Shown here: positions 1-13,837 of the stretch, piece by piece | Layout: each line of letters begins with the position of its first letter | Position numbering within the stretch: position 1 is the stretch's first letter | Origin: Amoebidium appalachense | Taxonomy: Eukaryota > Protista > Ichthyosporea | NCBI GenBank assembly: GCA_963693365.1 | Contig: CAVNZM010000004.1 | Span: forward strand, 11,126,468-11,190,467 | Direction: 5' to 3' | Length of the DNA: 64,000 nucleotides | The notes under the pieces: model-generated | Databases searched by the model: none | Seen by the model: the letters and a program-made list of their open reading frames with translations, nothing else | Told to the model about the DNA's origin: nothing | Position numbers and translations under genes: made by a program

Positions 1-855
1 CAATCATATTAGCCAGTGCCCAGGATGTCTTAGCGCCAAAATGCAGAGCGGCGGCGCATGATTGGTTACCTAAATGTGACTGGCGGGAAACCTAGTGCGG
101 CTTCAACCAATTACCGCATTGCAGAACAAAGTTTTCGAAGTGGTCTTCCGGGGGCGAAAAACGGCCCGTATTATACGGTTTTGTGACACCACCCACTTAT
201 AAACATGCAACCAAAATTGACAGAGTCATATGACCTCATTATCAACTGGCAAAAATAGGGGTTTTCTTGTCCTTTAAATATTACGTGAGCTCACATATTT
301 CCTGACCTAGTGTAAAGAGGAAGTGTCACTTCCCACAGGAGGAGAACAAAACGGCTATTTACGCCGCTAGATACCCTCGAGAAAACCCTCCCCGCCGATT
401 ATCAGGCTAGGTTTACTAGTCAAGCAAAGGAGAAACACCGTGTTCTTTAAGCCAAGAAAACGCCTAAACCTCGTTAGCGGCTGTTACGACCCGCTATTTT
501 GATTAGCGCTCATTAGATTGGTACATCTAGCTAATTAACAATCATAGCTGTTCGTGATCGCGATTGGCTGTTTGTCAGTAGTTTAATTTGCTGTCATTAA
601 CCAGTCCTATAATACCGTAAAATACAGAGACCGGGTTCCCTTAAGTCAACCTATGTCCTCTCGTGTTGCAACTTGCACGGCAAAAATGCACGGAGGGTTG
701 GAGTTGGTGTGGGCCTTAACATTATTACGTGCAAATGAAACACTCGTGGGCAATGTCTGATCATGGAGTGGATGTGGTTCATGGTAGGAGCATTGAGAGA
801 AACGAAGAATGGTATTGTAGATAAGGAGACACTGTGTTTTTTTTTATAGTTTATC

Positions 856-976
<121 letters not shown>

Positions 977-1033
977 CGCACGCGCACGCGCACGTGCGTA
1001 TGCACTTGTGTGTGTGCGTGTGTGCAAGTGCGT

Positions 1034-1069
<36 letters not shown>

Positions 1070-1164
1070 AGGGGCCGGGAAGAGGTTGTGGGTAAGCTGT
1101 ATGTAAGGGAGCAGCAAGTGGAAAATGTGGGCAGACAGTTTTTTGACGGCTTGTTTGTGTTCAG

Positions 1165-1370
1165 GGCACCGACGGTTGAAGTGATTGAAAGCTATGTTCC
1201 TCTGGACGACTTGAGGGTGTGTGGACGGCGCTCATTCCTAAATTTCAACCCCGAAATCGAAAAGATCTGGAAGGAGGAGAACGATCGCCAGCGATTGGAG
1301 GAGGCGGAAGAGTTTGAAAAGAAAAACACAATCACGGTTGAAGAGATGGCGCAGAGGTGGGGGTTTTTTT

Positions 1371-1436
<66 letters not shown>

Positions 1437-1546
1437 GGGGGGAGTGAAGGGGTGTGGGTGGGTGGGTGGGGGGGGGGGGGGGGGGGGGGGGGGGAGTGGT
1501 ATGTTTGGGGTTGGATATGTGGATAGGGGGAAAGGGGAAAGAAGGT

Positions 1547-1588
<42 letters not shown>

Positions 1589-1962
1589 GGGAGACGTGTT
1601 GGTGAGTGGGTATGGGTGTGGGGGGGGGGGCGAGGATGGGTGCATGTACATGTGTGTTTGCATGCACGGGTTGGTTTTCTTGTGTATGTGTGTCGTGCAG
1701 GTGTCTTGTGTCTGTATTCTCTGTCTCGGTACCTCTCCTTTTTTTTGCTCCTGCTGTTTCTGTGTTGTCTTGCCTGTGTGGGTGTGTTGAATGTCTGTGG
1801 AGGTTGTTTTTGCATGTTCGGGAGTGCCTCATACATGTGTGTTGAGGGATTTGTGCTAAGTTAAGGAGTTTGCCTGTGGAATGTTAAGCATACATGGTTA
1901 GTCCCGGGGGTGGGGCTGGACGGAGGGGGTCCTGGGGGGGGGGGGGAGGGGGGAGGGAGTGA

Positions 1963-1996
<34 letters not shown>

Positions 1997-2117
1997 CCCC
2001 CTCACCCTTCTTGTTTGGGATAAGGGGCTGGTGGGTAGTGGCTGTAAGGTGAACAGGAGCCTGTGTGTGTGTATGTGTATATGCTGCCTTTTTTTTTTTT
2101 TTTTTTTTTTTTTTGGT

Positions 2118-2150
<33 letters not shown>

Positions 2151-2321
2151 TCTTCGGTAAAGCTCATTGTCATCATTGCACATGTTCATGCATTGCTTTT
2201 GCACGTATGTCCCGGTGTTGGTGGTGGAGGGGTGAAACGAGGTGGTGGCCTTGCGCCTCTTCATGTGTGTGTGGTGTGTGGGTGGGTTAGGTGGGCCATG
2301 ATGCTCGTGGGCGAGAGTATT

Positions 2322-2400
<79 letters not shown>

Positions 2401-2625
2401 GGATGATGCAAATGAGCAAATGGGGAATGTGGGGTTTCGCCCGTGTTTCTAAAGGAGGCCACAAACAGGTATCAAGATGGCATCAAGAAGGAAACGAAAC
2501 AAAAACTCAAAGAGGAACACACACCAATGGAGGAGGATGGGGAGCAGAAGGGGGTGAAGAGGAAAGCGGGGAAACGGTTCTATTCGGAGAAAAACGCAAA
2601 GAAATTCTTGCGGCCTTCGGAGTAG
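1165..2625 (+). CDS. MPP6: M-phase phosphoprotein 6-like nuclear exosome cofactor, last two exons (5' part not confidently located)
   Basis: Exon 1165-1356 (ttcag|...AG|gtgggg) encodes GRRSFLNFNPEIEK...ITVEEMAQR. Exon 2469-2625 (aacag|G) continues in phase as YQDG...KKFLRPSE*. This matches the MPP6 motifs GRxSFxxFNPEVEK, EEMAxRY and the C-terminal KxFLKP. A possible further exon at about 789-833 is uncertain. Confidence 0.85.
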
Positions 2626-2869
2626 CACGATGGTATGAAAGCAATTATAGTGCTTATGGTGGCGTGTTGGTGGTGGTTTGTTATGCATTGTTTTACGCAT
2701 TTTCTGTTGGTGGTTTCAAGATTGTACCATGAACAGGTGAACTTGAATGCATTTCTCTCTGGAGACTACACTAGGTTTCTTTAGAATATCGTGACCAACT
2801 ACCCATTAGAGAACTGCATGTGCATGTATCTATATTACATCTTGATAGGACGATGGGTGTGCCCCCCCT

Positions 2870-2903
<34 letters not shown>

Positions 2904-2930
2904 AAAAAAAAAAAAAAAACACACATGCAC

Positions 2931-2974
<44 letters not shown>

Positions 2975-3087
2975 TAGGCATACATAATCTCGACACTAAC
3001 TGACACATCTTTGAGTGTGTTCTTACATGAGCACAATAAATACACCGTCTGTTGCATAGTACACACCCAACATGGCACACTCGCGCG

Positions 3088-3199
<112 letters not shown>

Positions 3200-3687
3200 T
3201 ACGGACCAATGGATAGTTCACTCTAATCTGCGCATGAAGGATGTTTTTGGTGTCTCTTTATCTAGTTGTGTATCTAGTTGTTTGAAGATGAGATCCATTT
3301 TTCATACTCGTAATAACTTTTGTATTTCAAGTGTGTCTGGGTTTTTGACCGATACATGAAGTGTGAAATAAACAATTTTCCTTGTGGAAAAATTGCAAGA
3401 CCACAAGAGTATTCCTCATAACTGAACGTGCATCCTGGTACATCTGGATCCCCCCCCTCCCCCCCCCCCCCCCCCCCCCGTCTAATGATGCATACTCTGT
3501 GCTCTGCACTCTGTGTTTTGTTGAATGTCATGAATATGTACTTCAGTATTCCATATAACACATTCTATCCCCCCCCCCCCCCACCCCCCCTCCCCCGGCC
3601 CTCGCCCCCCGAGGGAGAGCTCGAGTTACTACTAACGCAGTGATGCATGGTTTCTCTCTAAATTCTCCTTCACCCCTTTCTTATCGA

Positions 3688-3719
<32 letters not shown>

Positions 3720-4459
3720 CCCCCCCCCCCGCCCCCGCCCCTAGCCCGGCGGAGGCCCACGCCAAAGAAGGAAACAAGAAAAAAAAGAGATAGGAAAAAC
3801 TATCATGAAAGAGAAAGCAGTTTGGCACACGGACCCCCCCTCCCCCCCCCCCCCTCCGCCCCCCCCGGAGGGTCTGATTCCTCCCTCCCTCCCTTGCCTC
3901 CCTTGTTTTGCCCTCCTCGTCCCCTTCTGCCCCCAACCCCCCCCTCCCCCCAAACCCCCAACCCCCAAACACACAGCGTCCCGGCCAATGAGCCACCCTA
4001 AAGCCCCCCCCCCCCCCCCCCCCCCCCCCCTTTCCTCCCTCTTCCCTCACCCCCTCTCCCCCCATCCCCTCTGCCTATATGTCTCAGGCAATATTATATA
4101 GGACTACATCAAATATAATTTCACCTCATATGCATGCCCAAAGTATTATTAGTACATCTCTCGTTATCCCGTCAGTAACTTCTCAGCCCCCCCCCCCCCC
4201 CCCCCCCCCGCCCCCCCCCTAACCCCCGTCCCTCCTCGGGCCCCCCTCCCTACACGCATGCGGTCACGCACGCGCACACACACGTACGTACACGCACTTG
4301 GGCTTGCACGCAGCCACAAACACGCACACATTCGCCTCGCCGCACACACATACTCTGCCCCCCTCCCCCTCCCCCTCCTTCCCCTCCCTCCCACACACAC
4401 ACACCTGCACACACATACACACACACATTGTCAAACATTGTGACACTCATGCATGCGCG

Positions 4460-4490
<31 letters not shown>

Positions 4491-4569
4491 ATAGTATGTA
4501 TCATCTGTTATGGATTCCAGGCACCCCACACGGTCTCACCCTGTTTACTGTTTGGCAATGCAAGCCCCC

Positions 4570-4600
<31 letters not shown>

Positions 4601-4651
4601 ACAAACACACACAAACCTCCCCCCCCCCCCCCCCCCCCCCCCCCAGGGTCC

Positions 4652-4682
<31 letters not shown>

Positions 4683-4922
4683 AAAAAAAAAACCACCACC
4701 ACCACCACCACCACCACCACCACACGGACACACGCGCACGGCACGCGCACACCACCATCACCATCACCTTCCTTTTTTTTTTTTTTTTTTTTCCTTTTTT
4801 TTTTTTTTTTTTTTGTTAATTGCATTTTTCTTTTTTTTTTCTTTTTCTTTTTCTTTTTTTTTTTTTGGTGGGGGGGAGGGGAGGGGGGAAGACAGGAAGG
4901 AAGGAGAAAGGAAAAAAAAAAA

Positions 4923-4962
<40 letters not shown>

Positions 4963-5364
4963 AAGGGCCAGGGCAGGTGGATACGGAATGTGGGGGAAGC
5001 GGGAGGCTAGCAGGGGAATCATATACCCGATGATGCCCTGAGAGTCACTAAGGTACGGCATAATATCAGCTCAAAGTTAATCTGTATGCATTTGCCAACG
5101 GTTGTTGGTTTGTAATTAGCGGCTAGCCGTTATTGGGCGTTAGTTTTCACAAATAAGATCGCGTGATAAACAGGCATAGTAAAGGTCAATCATTGGTTCC
5201 AGTTACATATGCCCATGTTGACCTTACTCTGCGAAATGCAAAGGATCCACAGACCTTAATTAATACGCATCGGCACTTGAGCCATTATGATATGATTATA
5301 TTATAAGTAACGCTGATTGTTTGATGAAAGAAGCCTTATGCGCCCAAAATCAACCTTACCCCAT

Positions 5365-6915
5365 TCATAGCCCCTGGCCCATGGTCACAATCGAGAAGTC
5401 CGCATCGATTAACCTTGCAGGGGTGATTTGGCAATCATTGACAGCAGGAGGGAGTTCACTGAGCGCCTTGCGTATCCCCAAAACAAGGTATACATACGCC
5501 TTAAACGGCACTGTTTCCACATCAAAAATGTCGCCCTTTACAAGGCATTTCGTCAACCTATCCACCACATCGCTGTCGGAACAACCAACCATGGACCTTC
5601 CATTTATGGAAACCACCGTTTTCCCAATTTGGAAACCCGATTTTTCCGCCGGCGAATCAGGTTCAAGCTCTGCTACCTGCAACCCCCTGTATGCAAGACC
5701 AAATGTGGGTTTCAGCCAATGATTGCCGTTTACCGTCTGCTCCCCGGAGCTATTTAAGGAATATATCATTGAGATGTGGTCACTCTTCGGGTCGTTGTTT
5801 AAAGTGGCGGGGTCAACGCGGATGCGCTGATGGAGCGGTTGCTCCACAATTTCCAGTTTTGGGTCTTTTGCTCGATCCAGTGACGTCATTATTACCTCAC
5901 ACGCATCATCGCCGTCCGCAGAGCACATCATGCTGTTTACGCTCCGGATTTCATCCCCGAATTTCAGGCCTACCCTATATGCCGCCGTCTCACCCCGGTA
6001 ATCTCTGCTTCGTTTTCCCTTTTTCTCACTGTCAAAGAATATGTGGTTGAACAAAACCCGCCCGAGCTCGCCCAAATTTCCATATTGCTCCACGAAAGTC
6101 ACATACACTCTACCTTGGTATGCACACAAACGGACACCAAATGCGTCCTTTGAGGATTTCTTCGCGCGCACGTATCTTCTCAGAGGGCGGGTCTCCTCAA
6201 TTTGAGCTCCGGAAATTGACGGGTCTGACGAGGTAGTATTTCCATCAAAAATAGATGTGCCCACGAGAGAGTTAGTGGATGAATTTTCCAAACTTTCAAT
6301 CGCAAGAATATGTGTTTTAGACGTGTACCTTCTGGTGTATCCTCGAGATTGTGCACGGAGTGCCTCGGGGGACCATGGGGGCGTGAGAGGCTCGATAAGG
6401 GTTATGTCGTTTTCCTCTGTGTCTACATCGGATTTCTCGTTAGTTTGTTGTTCTGTTTCACAGCTTGTCGATTCGCTGAATACTTTGTTGTGGTATGTGC
6501 ACGCTGTGCACGTCCAAGAGTTACTCAACCCACATGTGCACTCAACCTGGCAGGGAATACATGATTCTTCGCTGGTGCCAATACTCCTTCTCTTTTGTTC
6601 TGAAGATTCATTGTGCGTGTGGTGAGGAGAGGGTACCGTGGGTGTGCTATGACTCGAGTGAAGTGGAAGCCCTTGAAGAGCATTCAGTCTGTGAAGCGCG
6701 TGCTCAGGTGACCATGGAAGCGAATAGTTATTTTCATCTTCGTTCTCATCTTCCACTATTGTTGGCTGTTTGTTTATGTCTTCGGTGTTTGTGCAGAGAT
6801 TTGTGGTCGAGAGAAGACTAAGGGAGGAGTCTGCGTCGTTTGCTGGAATGCATCCTGTTTCAATATCAATGCAATGAGAGTGGTTTGGGACGAAGTCCCC
6901 CTCTGTATCCATCAT
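5365..6915 (-). CDS. Syntenin-like tandem PDZ protein with a long disordered N-terminus and a degenerate NZF/RanBP2-type zinc finger (516 aa, single exon)
   Basis: Uninterrupted non-repetitive ORF. PDZ1 has FGVRL...VYVTFVE...AAYRVGLKFGDEIRSVN. PDZ2 has FGL...VAELEPDSPAEKSGFQIGKTVVSINGRSMVG. The N-terminal half contains WTCTACTYHN. Confidence 0.8.
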   Translation of the reverse strand: MMDTEGDFVPNHSHCIDIETGCIPANDADSSLSLLSTTNLCTNTEDINKQPTIVEDENEDENNYSLPWSPEHALHRLNALQGLPLHSSHSTPTVPSPHHTHNESSEQKRRSIGTSEESCIPCQVECTCGLSNSWTCTACTYHNKVFSESTSCETEQQTNEKSDVDTEENDITLIEPLTPPWSPEALRAQSRGYTRRYTSKTHILAIESLENSSTNSLVGTSIFDGNTTSSDPSISGAQIEETRPLRRYVRAKKSSKDAFGVRLCAYQGRVYVTFVEQYGNLGELGRVLFNHIFFDSEKKGKRSRDYRGETAAYRVGLKFGDEIRSVNSMMCSADGDDACEVIMTSLDRAKDPKLEIVEQPLHQRIRVDPATLNNDPKSDHISMIYSLNSSGEQTVNGNHWLKPTFGLAYRGLQVAELEPDSPAEKSGFQIGKTVVSINGRSMVGCSDSDVVDRLTKCLVKGDIFDVETVPFKAYVYLVLGIRKALSELPPAVNDCQITPARLIDADFSIVTMGQGL

Positions 6916-7467
6916 TTATTTTAGCCCAAGAGAACTTTTTTTATGTTGGATTCTATTTTAAATACCGTCTTTGCAAGTATCAAAAGTCCCAGGTGTGCCG
7001 TAGCGCAAACATACAGCGTGTATATATGGTCGTGACTAACATCAGCGGGGACTTATTGCCGGCACTAGTGCTCAAGAGGGTCAAGAGCCGCCTAACAAGT
7101 ACACCTCAAAAGCGCGCGTGTGTTTTTTAAAAACTAAGTTATGACTTTCTTTTCCATTCAGAGCTGCCTATTAGCTACATACTGTACACGTTAGCCAGCG
7201 TATGCGCCGCAAGCGTACGCGTGTTACACTGCTTGTTGAAGATGGTGCGAAAAGGGAACCACATTGGAACGCATAAAATTCCTGGGAGCCAATCATAATG
7301 TAAATCTGTAATGACCTGATTGGATGGATTAGCAGCAACAATGCTGCAACATAGAGATGCTTACCTGGAACTGAGATCTCACAAGAGATCTCACATAAAC
7401 GATCACAGGCGAATCTGCTGTGCCGAACAGTATGTACGGTTCACCTCAAAGTTTGGGGCAGTCTTCA

Positions 7468-7502
<35 letters not shown>

Positions 7503-7546
7503 ACCCCTCCCCCCCACCCACCAAAAAAAAAAACACACACACACGT

Positions 7547-7584
<38 letters not shown>

Positions 7585-8519
7585 GCACACGCACACACGC
7601 ACACACACGCACGCACACATGCACACACACGCACACACACGCACACACAGGAACACATGCACATACGCACGCACACATGCACACAGACACATTCAATGCA
7701 CCATCTATTCTTCTTGATGTTTTACCAACGTCATTGAATGCACGCGTGGAGTGGACAACAGGATCCCGTAACACGTGAAAAAATCTTGATTTAGGGGATC
7801 ATGAGTTACGTATATCTGGTCAGTAACACTGGAGTAGAAGGTTGAATTGTCGGCCCGGGGGAAAAAACGACCCCCCCCCGGCCCCCCCCCCCCTCCCCCC
7901 CCCCCCCGGCCCCCCCCCCCCCCCCCCCTCCCCTCCTTCCCCCCTCCCCCCTCCCCTCCCCTGACCCCCCCCCCCCCCCCCGGGGCAAAAGCTTTCCTCC
8001 GTTGCGACCATAAAGGCTAAAAATATAGTTCATCCCCCCCCCCCCCCCCCCTCCCCCCCCCCCCCCCCCTCCCTAGATCATGGGCCCAGCCCCTAGATAG
8101 GCCTAGCCTCCATCCCCTCCAGTACCTACGGAAGTGTTTCACTGGCAGACATAACTCTTCGCACGCGCTCGGCCCCGTAGGCTATGATACGTACACAGAC
8201 ACACTCAGCACTGCTGTGCATGATGCACACACATCCACACGCAGTGCACTCAAGCATGCACACGTGTGCATATGCATGCCACTTGTACACTTTAAACCAC
8301 ACCAGCACCGCATGCTCGCCAGTGCAAGGAAGCCAACAAAAACACACATAGGCATGCCACCCCTAGCGCGCATGCACACAATTAATGTTATCAACGATCA
8401 TTGAAAAATAATTCCATTACAACTTACAAAGATCACACAAGCACTGAGCACTGCACAGGTATGAGGTGCACGTTTGGGTTGTTTCGTTACATGTGCCGGC
8501 ACCATGTGACATATTTTTA

Positions 8520-8980
8520 TTAGCTCACAGCCCGCGCACTAGCATTGCCAACTCGGCAAATCAATGACTTATGCCATCCGATGACCTTGTAGTATCTTGA
8601 AGTAGCCCATCAATCCCATGGGGCTTTCTTGAAATTCCTCAAGCGATACTCTGAAATATATACAAGGCCCTGTCATGAAATTTCACGTTCTTGAAGCATA
8701 TATACTGCACTGATAATATGTAACTTCATCTACATACTTGTTATCACACTTCATCTTTTATAGCAGAAAATCATCCTCAAAGTACGTGGGCCCCGTGCTC
8801 CGTGCCTGTGTGTGTCCCTAACGTCAGACGAATCGCAACGAAATCAACCTATTGGAATAATAGTTCATCGGATATAAAATAACATGCATCACACTGACTG
8901 TGCTATAAGCACTCAGCGGCATTGGTTATGGGACTCTGCGCCTGCGTATGACCCTAAACAAATGAAACAGCGGTAAGAAA
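8520..8980. repeat. Dispersed repeat, copy A (diverged homologue of 11520-11960)
   Basis: Collinear shared blocks: gctcacagcc, tagcagaaaat..tcctcaa, caacgaaatcaacc, gcactcagc.gcatt.gttatgggac, gcgcctgcgtatgaccctaaac and aaacagcggtaa. Boundaries are approximate. Confidence 0.75.
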
Positions 8981-9000
8981 GAATTCAAGTAAGATGGCAG

Positions 9001-9393
9001 GTATGGAGGCTACCCTGTATGCGCTGCTTGCCGGGTTCAGCAACACGGGGCAGAATATCGCCGGCAACATTGGTGTGTTTGTGACTCAGGCAATGGGCAA
9101 CAATCTGACCATTGCCGGTCCGAGGCTGCACATACGACGCACTAGTACTCCACTGGCAGATTCTTATCTCCCACGTGTTTCTTCCCCTCCTGGCCGTCCC
9201 TCTTACGTTTGTGCTCATCCTCAAAGCCCGCCTTACGGACAAGGCCTTTTCTGATGTGTATGATGTCGGCGACTCTGATGAAAATCTCAGTAGCGTGTGC
9301 GTCGATCTTTCTACCACGGCATCAGACCTGAACCCAACCACCAAGGATAAGTTTCAGCTGAATCAAAGACACACAGCCTTACATAGGCCGTGA
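9001..9393 (+). pseudogene. Orphan terminal exon of a BT1-family folate/biopterin transporter (MFS), frameshifted
   Basis: After ggcag| the sequence reads GMEATLYALLAGFSNTGQNIAGNIGVFVTQAMG. It then shifts frame near 9110-9125 to GCTYDALVLHWQILISHVFLPLLAVPLTFVLILKARLTD. Both segments match the last two helices of BT1 proteins. No upstream BT1 exons were recognised. Confidence 0.7.
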
Positions 9394-10276
9394 AGGGCAC
9401 TACCACAACCTTCACACTGCGGCGTAATTTTATGATGTATTACATTGGCAGTTATTATATTTCTCAGTCGGAGAAGTTGAAGTATTGACCGTACATAAGT
9501 GTTCAGAATCAAGTCGCTCTTTGAGGTAGCTTAAGAAGTCGCAAATATAGACTTCAACATAAGAAAACAGAATCCTTCAGTGGCTAGTGGACTATATATA
9601 CCCGGTCACGGTTCCGACTCATGATGTTTATGTCATAATGTTAGATTAATTTGCCGCTGTCTCAAAAGTCACGGTACGAAGCACGAATTTGCTGCTTTAT
9701 GCAAGTTGGTTAATAGAAACAGTTTGCACAAATGTAGATTGACCTAGATTGGCAAGTTGTCGAAGATTAAACGAGGGGGTGCTTAAAAGTGCTCACACAG
9801 TTGCGGTGAACTTTTCTATTCATTGGCATTTTTAATTTTTTTTATTTATTTCCCCTCCTCTTCTTTTTTCTGGCTATATTTGCTTCTTTACTTCAACCCT
9901 CCCATCTGTGCACACATGCATTATGATTTTTTCGATCTTCCATCCCCACCTCCCCAGCTCCCCTCCTCCTCCCCCTTCTTCCCCTCCCCCTCCCCTCCCC
10001 CCCCCCCCCCCCAAATGTTAATTGCGTCTCCGTAACTCTCCACACCCCCCTCTCCCCCCACTTACCCCCCCTACCTACAAACACACCATCTTCTCAATGG
10101 TTGCTTTCTTTGCCTTTTTGCTTCCTTTCTCCATGGCATTTGTGCTTCTCTGATCGGCTTTTTTGATTCTTCGGTTTCTTGCTTCTAAGATGTTCTGTTT
10201 ACACTTCCCTCTCCCTCCCGTCCCTCTTTCCCTACCCCTATCACCTCTCTCTATGATTTCCCTCTCTCTCTCTCTC

Positions 10277-10327
<51 letters not shown>

Positions 10328-10330
10328 CCC

Positions 10331-10484
<154 letters not shown>

Positions 10485-10578
10485 TTCCTCCCTCCCCAAC
10501 CACCACCACTCCCGCGGGAATTATTGCAGCTTCTTTTTTCATATGCTAAATACTTTTCACCTGTCCGTTGCCATCCAC

Positions 10579-10615
<37 letters not shown>

Positions 10616-11519
10616 TTCGTTGCTGTCCTCCCCCCTCGCCCCTCAACACAGCAAGGGATACGTGCACTTAGAGCTTACTCGTGAGCTTAGTAGGTGTGCA
10701 TGTTGGCTTTAATGTTGGTGCGAGCACAGTCAAGTTGATCACAACTTTTTTTAGCTTCGTGTGTGTGCATTCATAGGTGTTTTCCCATTGGATTTCACAC
10801 CTCCGCTCCTCGTCTATGGCTACCAGCAGCAGGCCAGGGGCAGCTGCCAGCGACATCGATGCTGTTTTTCTTTTTGCCTTCCCCCCCCCCCCCCCCCCCC
10901 CCCCATGATTGGCGGTGCCAACATTGTGGGCTACAGAGCACGACATGTACATGATCGTTATCAAAACTATCAAAAGCATTCATGCCTTCAAAGAGTCAAA
11001 TGGTGCTTCTCCCTCCCCCCCCCCCCCCCCCCTCCCCCCCCCTTCCCCCCACTCCCCCCCCCCTCCCTCCCCACAAAAAAGTACGCCAGCCAGCTGCAGC
11101 CCCAGCTGGTCCCTGCCCACATGTACCTACGGAAGGATCTCACGAGCATTCACCCGTATACAGACACAATCGCCGGGTAACCGTTACACACTGTACGTTG
11201 TGCATGCACGGGCAACAACTGGCACACACGCACACACACACACGCACACACGCACACACGCACACAGGCACACAGGTACATACCACTCACTTACCATTCA
11301 CGTGATTATGACCAATGCAGCACCACATGCTCGCTAGTGCACGGTTTGTGGCATGTATACACACCTGCATGCATACATGTAAACCCCACCCCTTTAGATG
11401 CACATACACGAAGTTAACAAAAAGCAAACATGCACACCTACCATGTCTACTAACCTCTAAGTGCACGTCACAGTATCACTCGCTGTCTCTTTATTTGTGT
11501 CGAGGCCATCTGATGCAAT

Positions 11520-11960
11520 TCATTGGCTCACAGCCTGAGCAACACTCCCAATCATTGGGTCGTTTGCACCGATAAACCTTGCATTTATTTTATGATATCC
11601 CATCTACGATGGCAATCTCAACCTGTGGGGCTTTATTTCCCCAAGTCATCCTCTTAAAAACGAACACAACGACGTACTTAAAGGGTTCTTATAACATGTA
11701 AACTGCACTGCACGGCATATATCTACTAGGCTACATGTTATCTCACTTCGTCCTATATAGCAGAAAATGGTCCTCAAGAAAGTGGATCCCGCGCCTGCGT
11801 GTGACCCTAATTTTAGACCAACGAAATCAACCAATAGGAAGAAGATTTTAGCGTATAAATAACACATCATCACACTAGTCGCCCTATAGGCACTCAGCTG
11901 CATTAGTTATGGGACACCGCGCCTGCGTATGACCCTAAACCAATAAAACAGCGGTAAAAA
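11520..11960. repeat. Dispersed repeat, copy B (diverged homologue of 8520-8980)
   Basis: Same collinear blocks as copy A, in the same orientation. It carries gcgcctgcgtRtgaccctaa twice (11791-11810 and 11919-11938). Confidence 0.75.
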
Positions 11961-12356
11961 TTCACTGCCAAACGGGCACAACATCATCCTAAAGATTTAG
12001 AACGGGCACCATAAACAAACCTCTCCTCCCCGCCTGCCCACTCCCTTTCAACGCTTCGCTTTCCCTTTTTCTCACTAATAGCCCCTTCCCCCCCCCCCCC
12101 CCCCCTCCTTCCCCCCCCCTCCCCCCTCCCCCCCACCCCCCTACTCACCCACACAAACGCAAACCCAAAAGCACACCACCACCCGCACCACCACACATTC
12201 AAATGCTTACATACCATTCACACACGTTTCCGCACCCAAGACATGAGTAGTGAATGTTTAAGGAGAGGGTGCGAAAGAGAAAGAGTGTGTCTGTGTACGT
12301 GTGTACGTGCCGTTCCGGTGTGTGTGTGTGCGCGCATATGTGTGCATGAGTGCATG

Positions 12357-12397
<41 letters not shown>

Positions 12398-12872
12398 ATG
12401 CGCGCACGTGCACGCGCGCGGGCGCGTATATGTCCATGGCCATTCCCCTTTTTTTCACCTCCATGTCTGTGAGAGTGTGTGGGTATCTCTTTTCCGTTGC
12501 CGAGGCTGAGGTTGAAGTAGGAATCTACAGTAAGAAAAAAATCAACCACGAGGAGTGCCTCAAAGAATCGCCCAATCAGCAAGCGATGCCCTGGAACATA
12601 AATCCCCGCACGCTCCCAAAACTTCCTCCACAACCTTCCAGAAACCGAAAGAACACAGTCTGCTGCCAGCCCTCCCACACGCGAGAATATGTGGCTCGAT
12701 TTGCTCTCCTCAACAATCACAAGATCCAATTGGCTCATCCCGCAGCCTTGCGAGATACCCTGTTCCTAATGGTAGACCCAGTACGTTTAGCAGTAAATAA
12801 AAAGGAGGCTAGTCAGCAAATAGCATGCTAAATGCCTCTCCTGCCTTCTTACTACTCCTACTCCCACATCAA

Positions 12873-12913
<41 letters not shown>

Positions 12914-13109
12914 CCAGCCCGCCAGCCAACTCTCCAACTTTATTTCCACCTTGTAACCGGGAACAATGTATGCATAATTCCTTTGTGTTGACTTGGTCAT
13001 TCCGACAACCCCCCCCCCCCCCCCCCTCCCCCCCTCCCCCCCCCCCCCCCTCCCCATTCCCCTCTATCCATCCCCCCAACAAACACACACGTCACCACCC
13101 CCCTAGAGG

Positions 13110-13210
<101 letters not shown>

Positions 13211-13266
13211 ACGCGCGTACACGCGCACGCGCGTGCGCACGCACAGGCACACACACACACAAACAC

Positions 13267-13304
<38 letters not shown>

Positions 13305-13780
13305 CACATACACACACATACAACACACGGGAAAAAAGGGTGAGGTTTTGGGGGAAAGCTTCGTCATGTATTCACTTTCCTCACGCTATTGCTGGGTGGT
13401 TTGCCCCCCCCCCCCCTCTCCAGCTGGCCCCTTGGTGATCGCGCCAACTCACCTCGCTTCGGTGGGTATAGGGAGAAATCTCCAGCAGTGGCACCTTCAT
13501 TTCATTGGCTGCCTGCACACATTCCGCCTTCTCCACGCGACCAATCGCATTGAGTATTTTCTTGGCAGGAGTAGCCATTCGTTCAGCCGCATCACACTGT
13601 GCCGAAATTTCCATCGAAAATTAAGAAAATGGCATCTCGAGGGTACGAAACGGCAGAAACTGAGCCGAAACTGTGAAATTTTCTTGATCATCCAGGAGCA
13701 TATCACCCTTTCGAAATTGAAATGCGAGTGTTGCAGGGCGACGATTCTTGACTTGAGAAGATGAACTTTATGTTGAAGAG

Positions 13781-13837
<57 letters not shown>

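Noticed and set aside
8079-8090. atgggcccagc as a second copia-type PBS
   Set aside because: Partial match only, with no adjacent LTR end.
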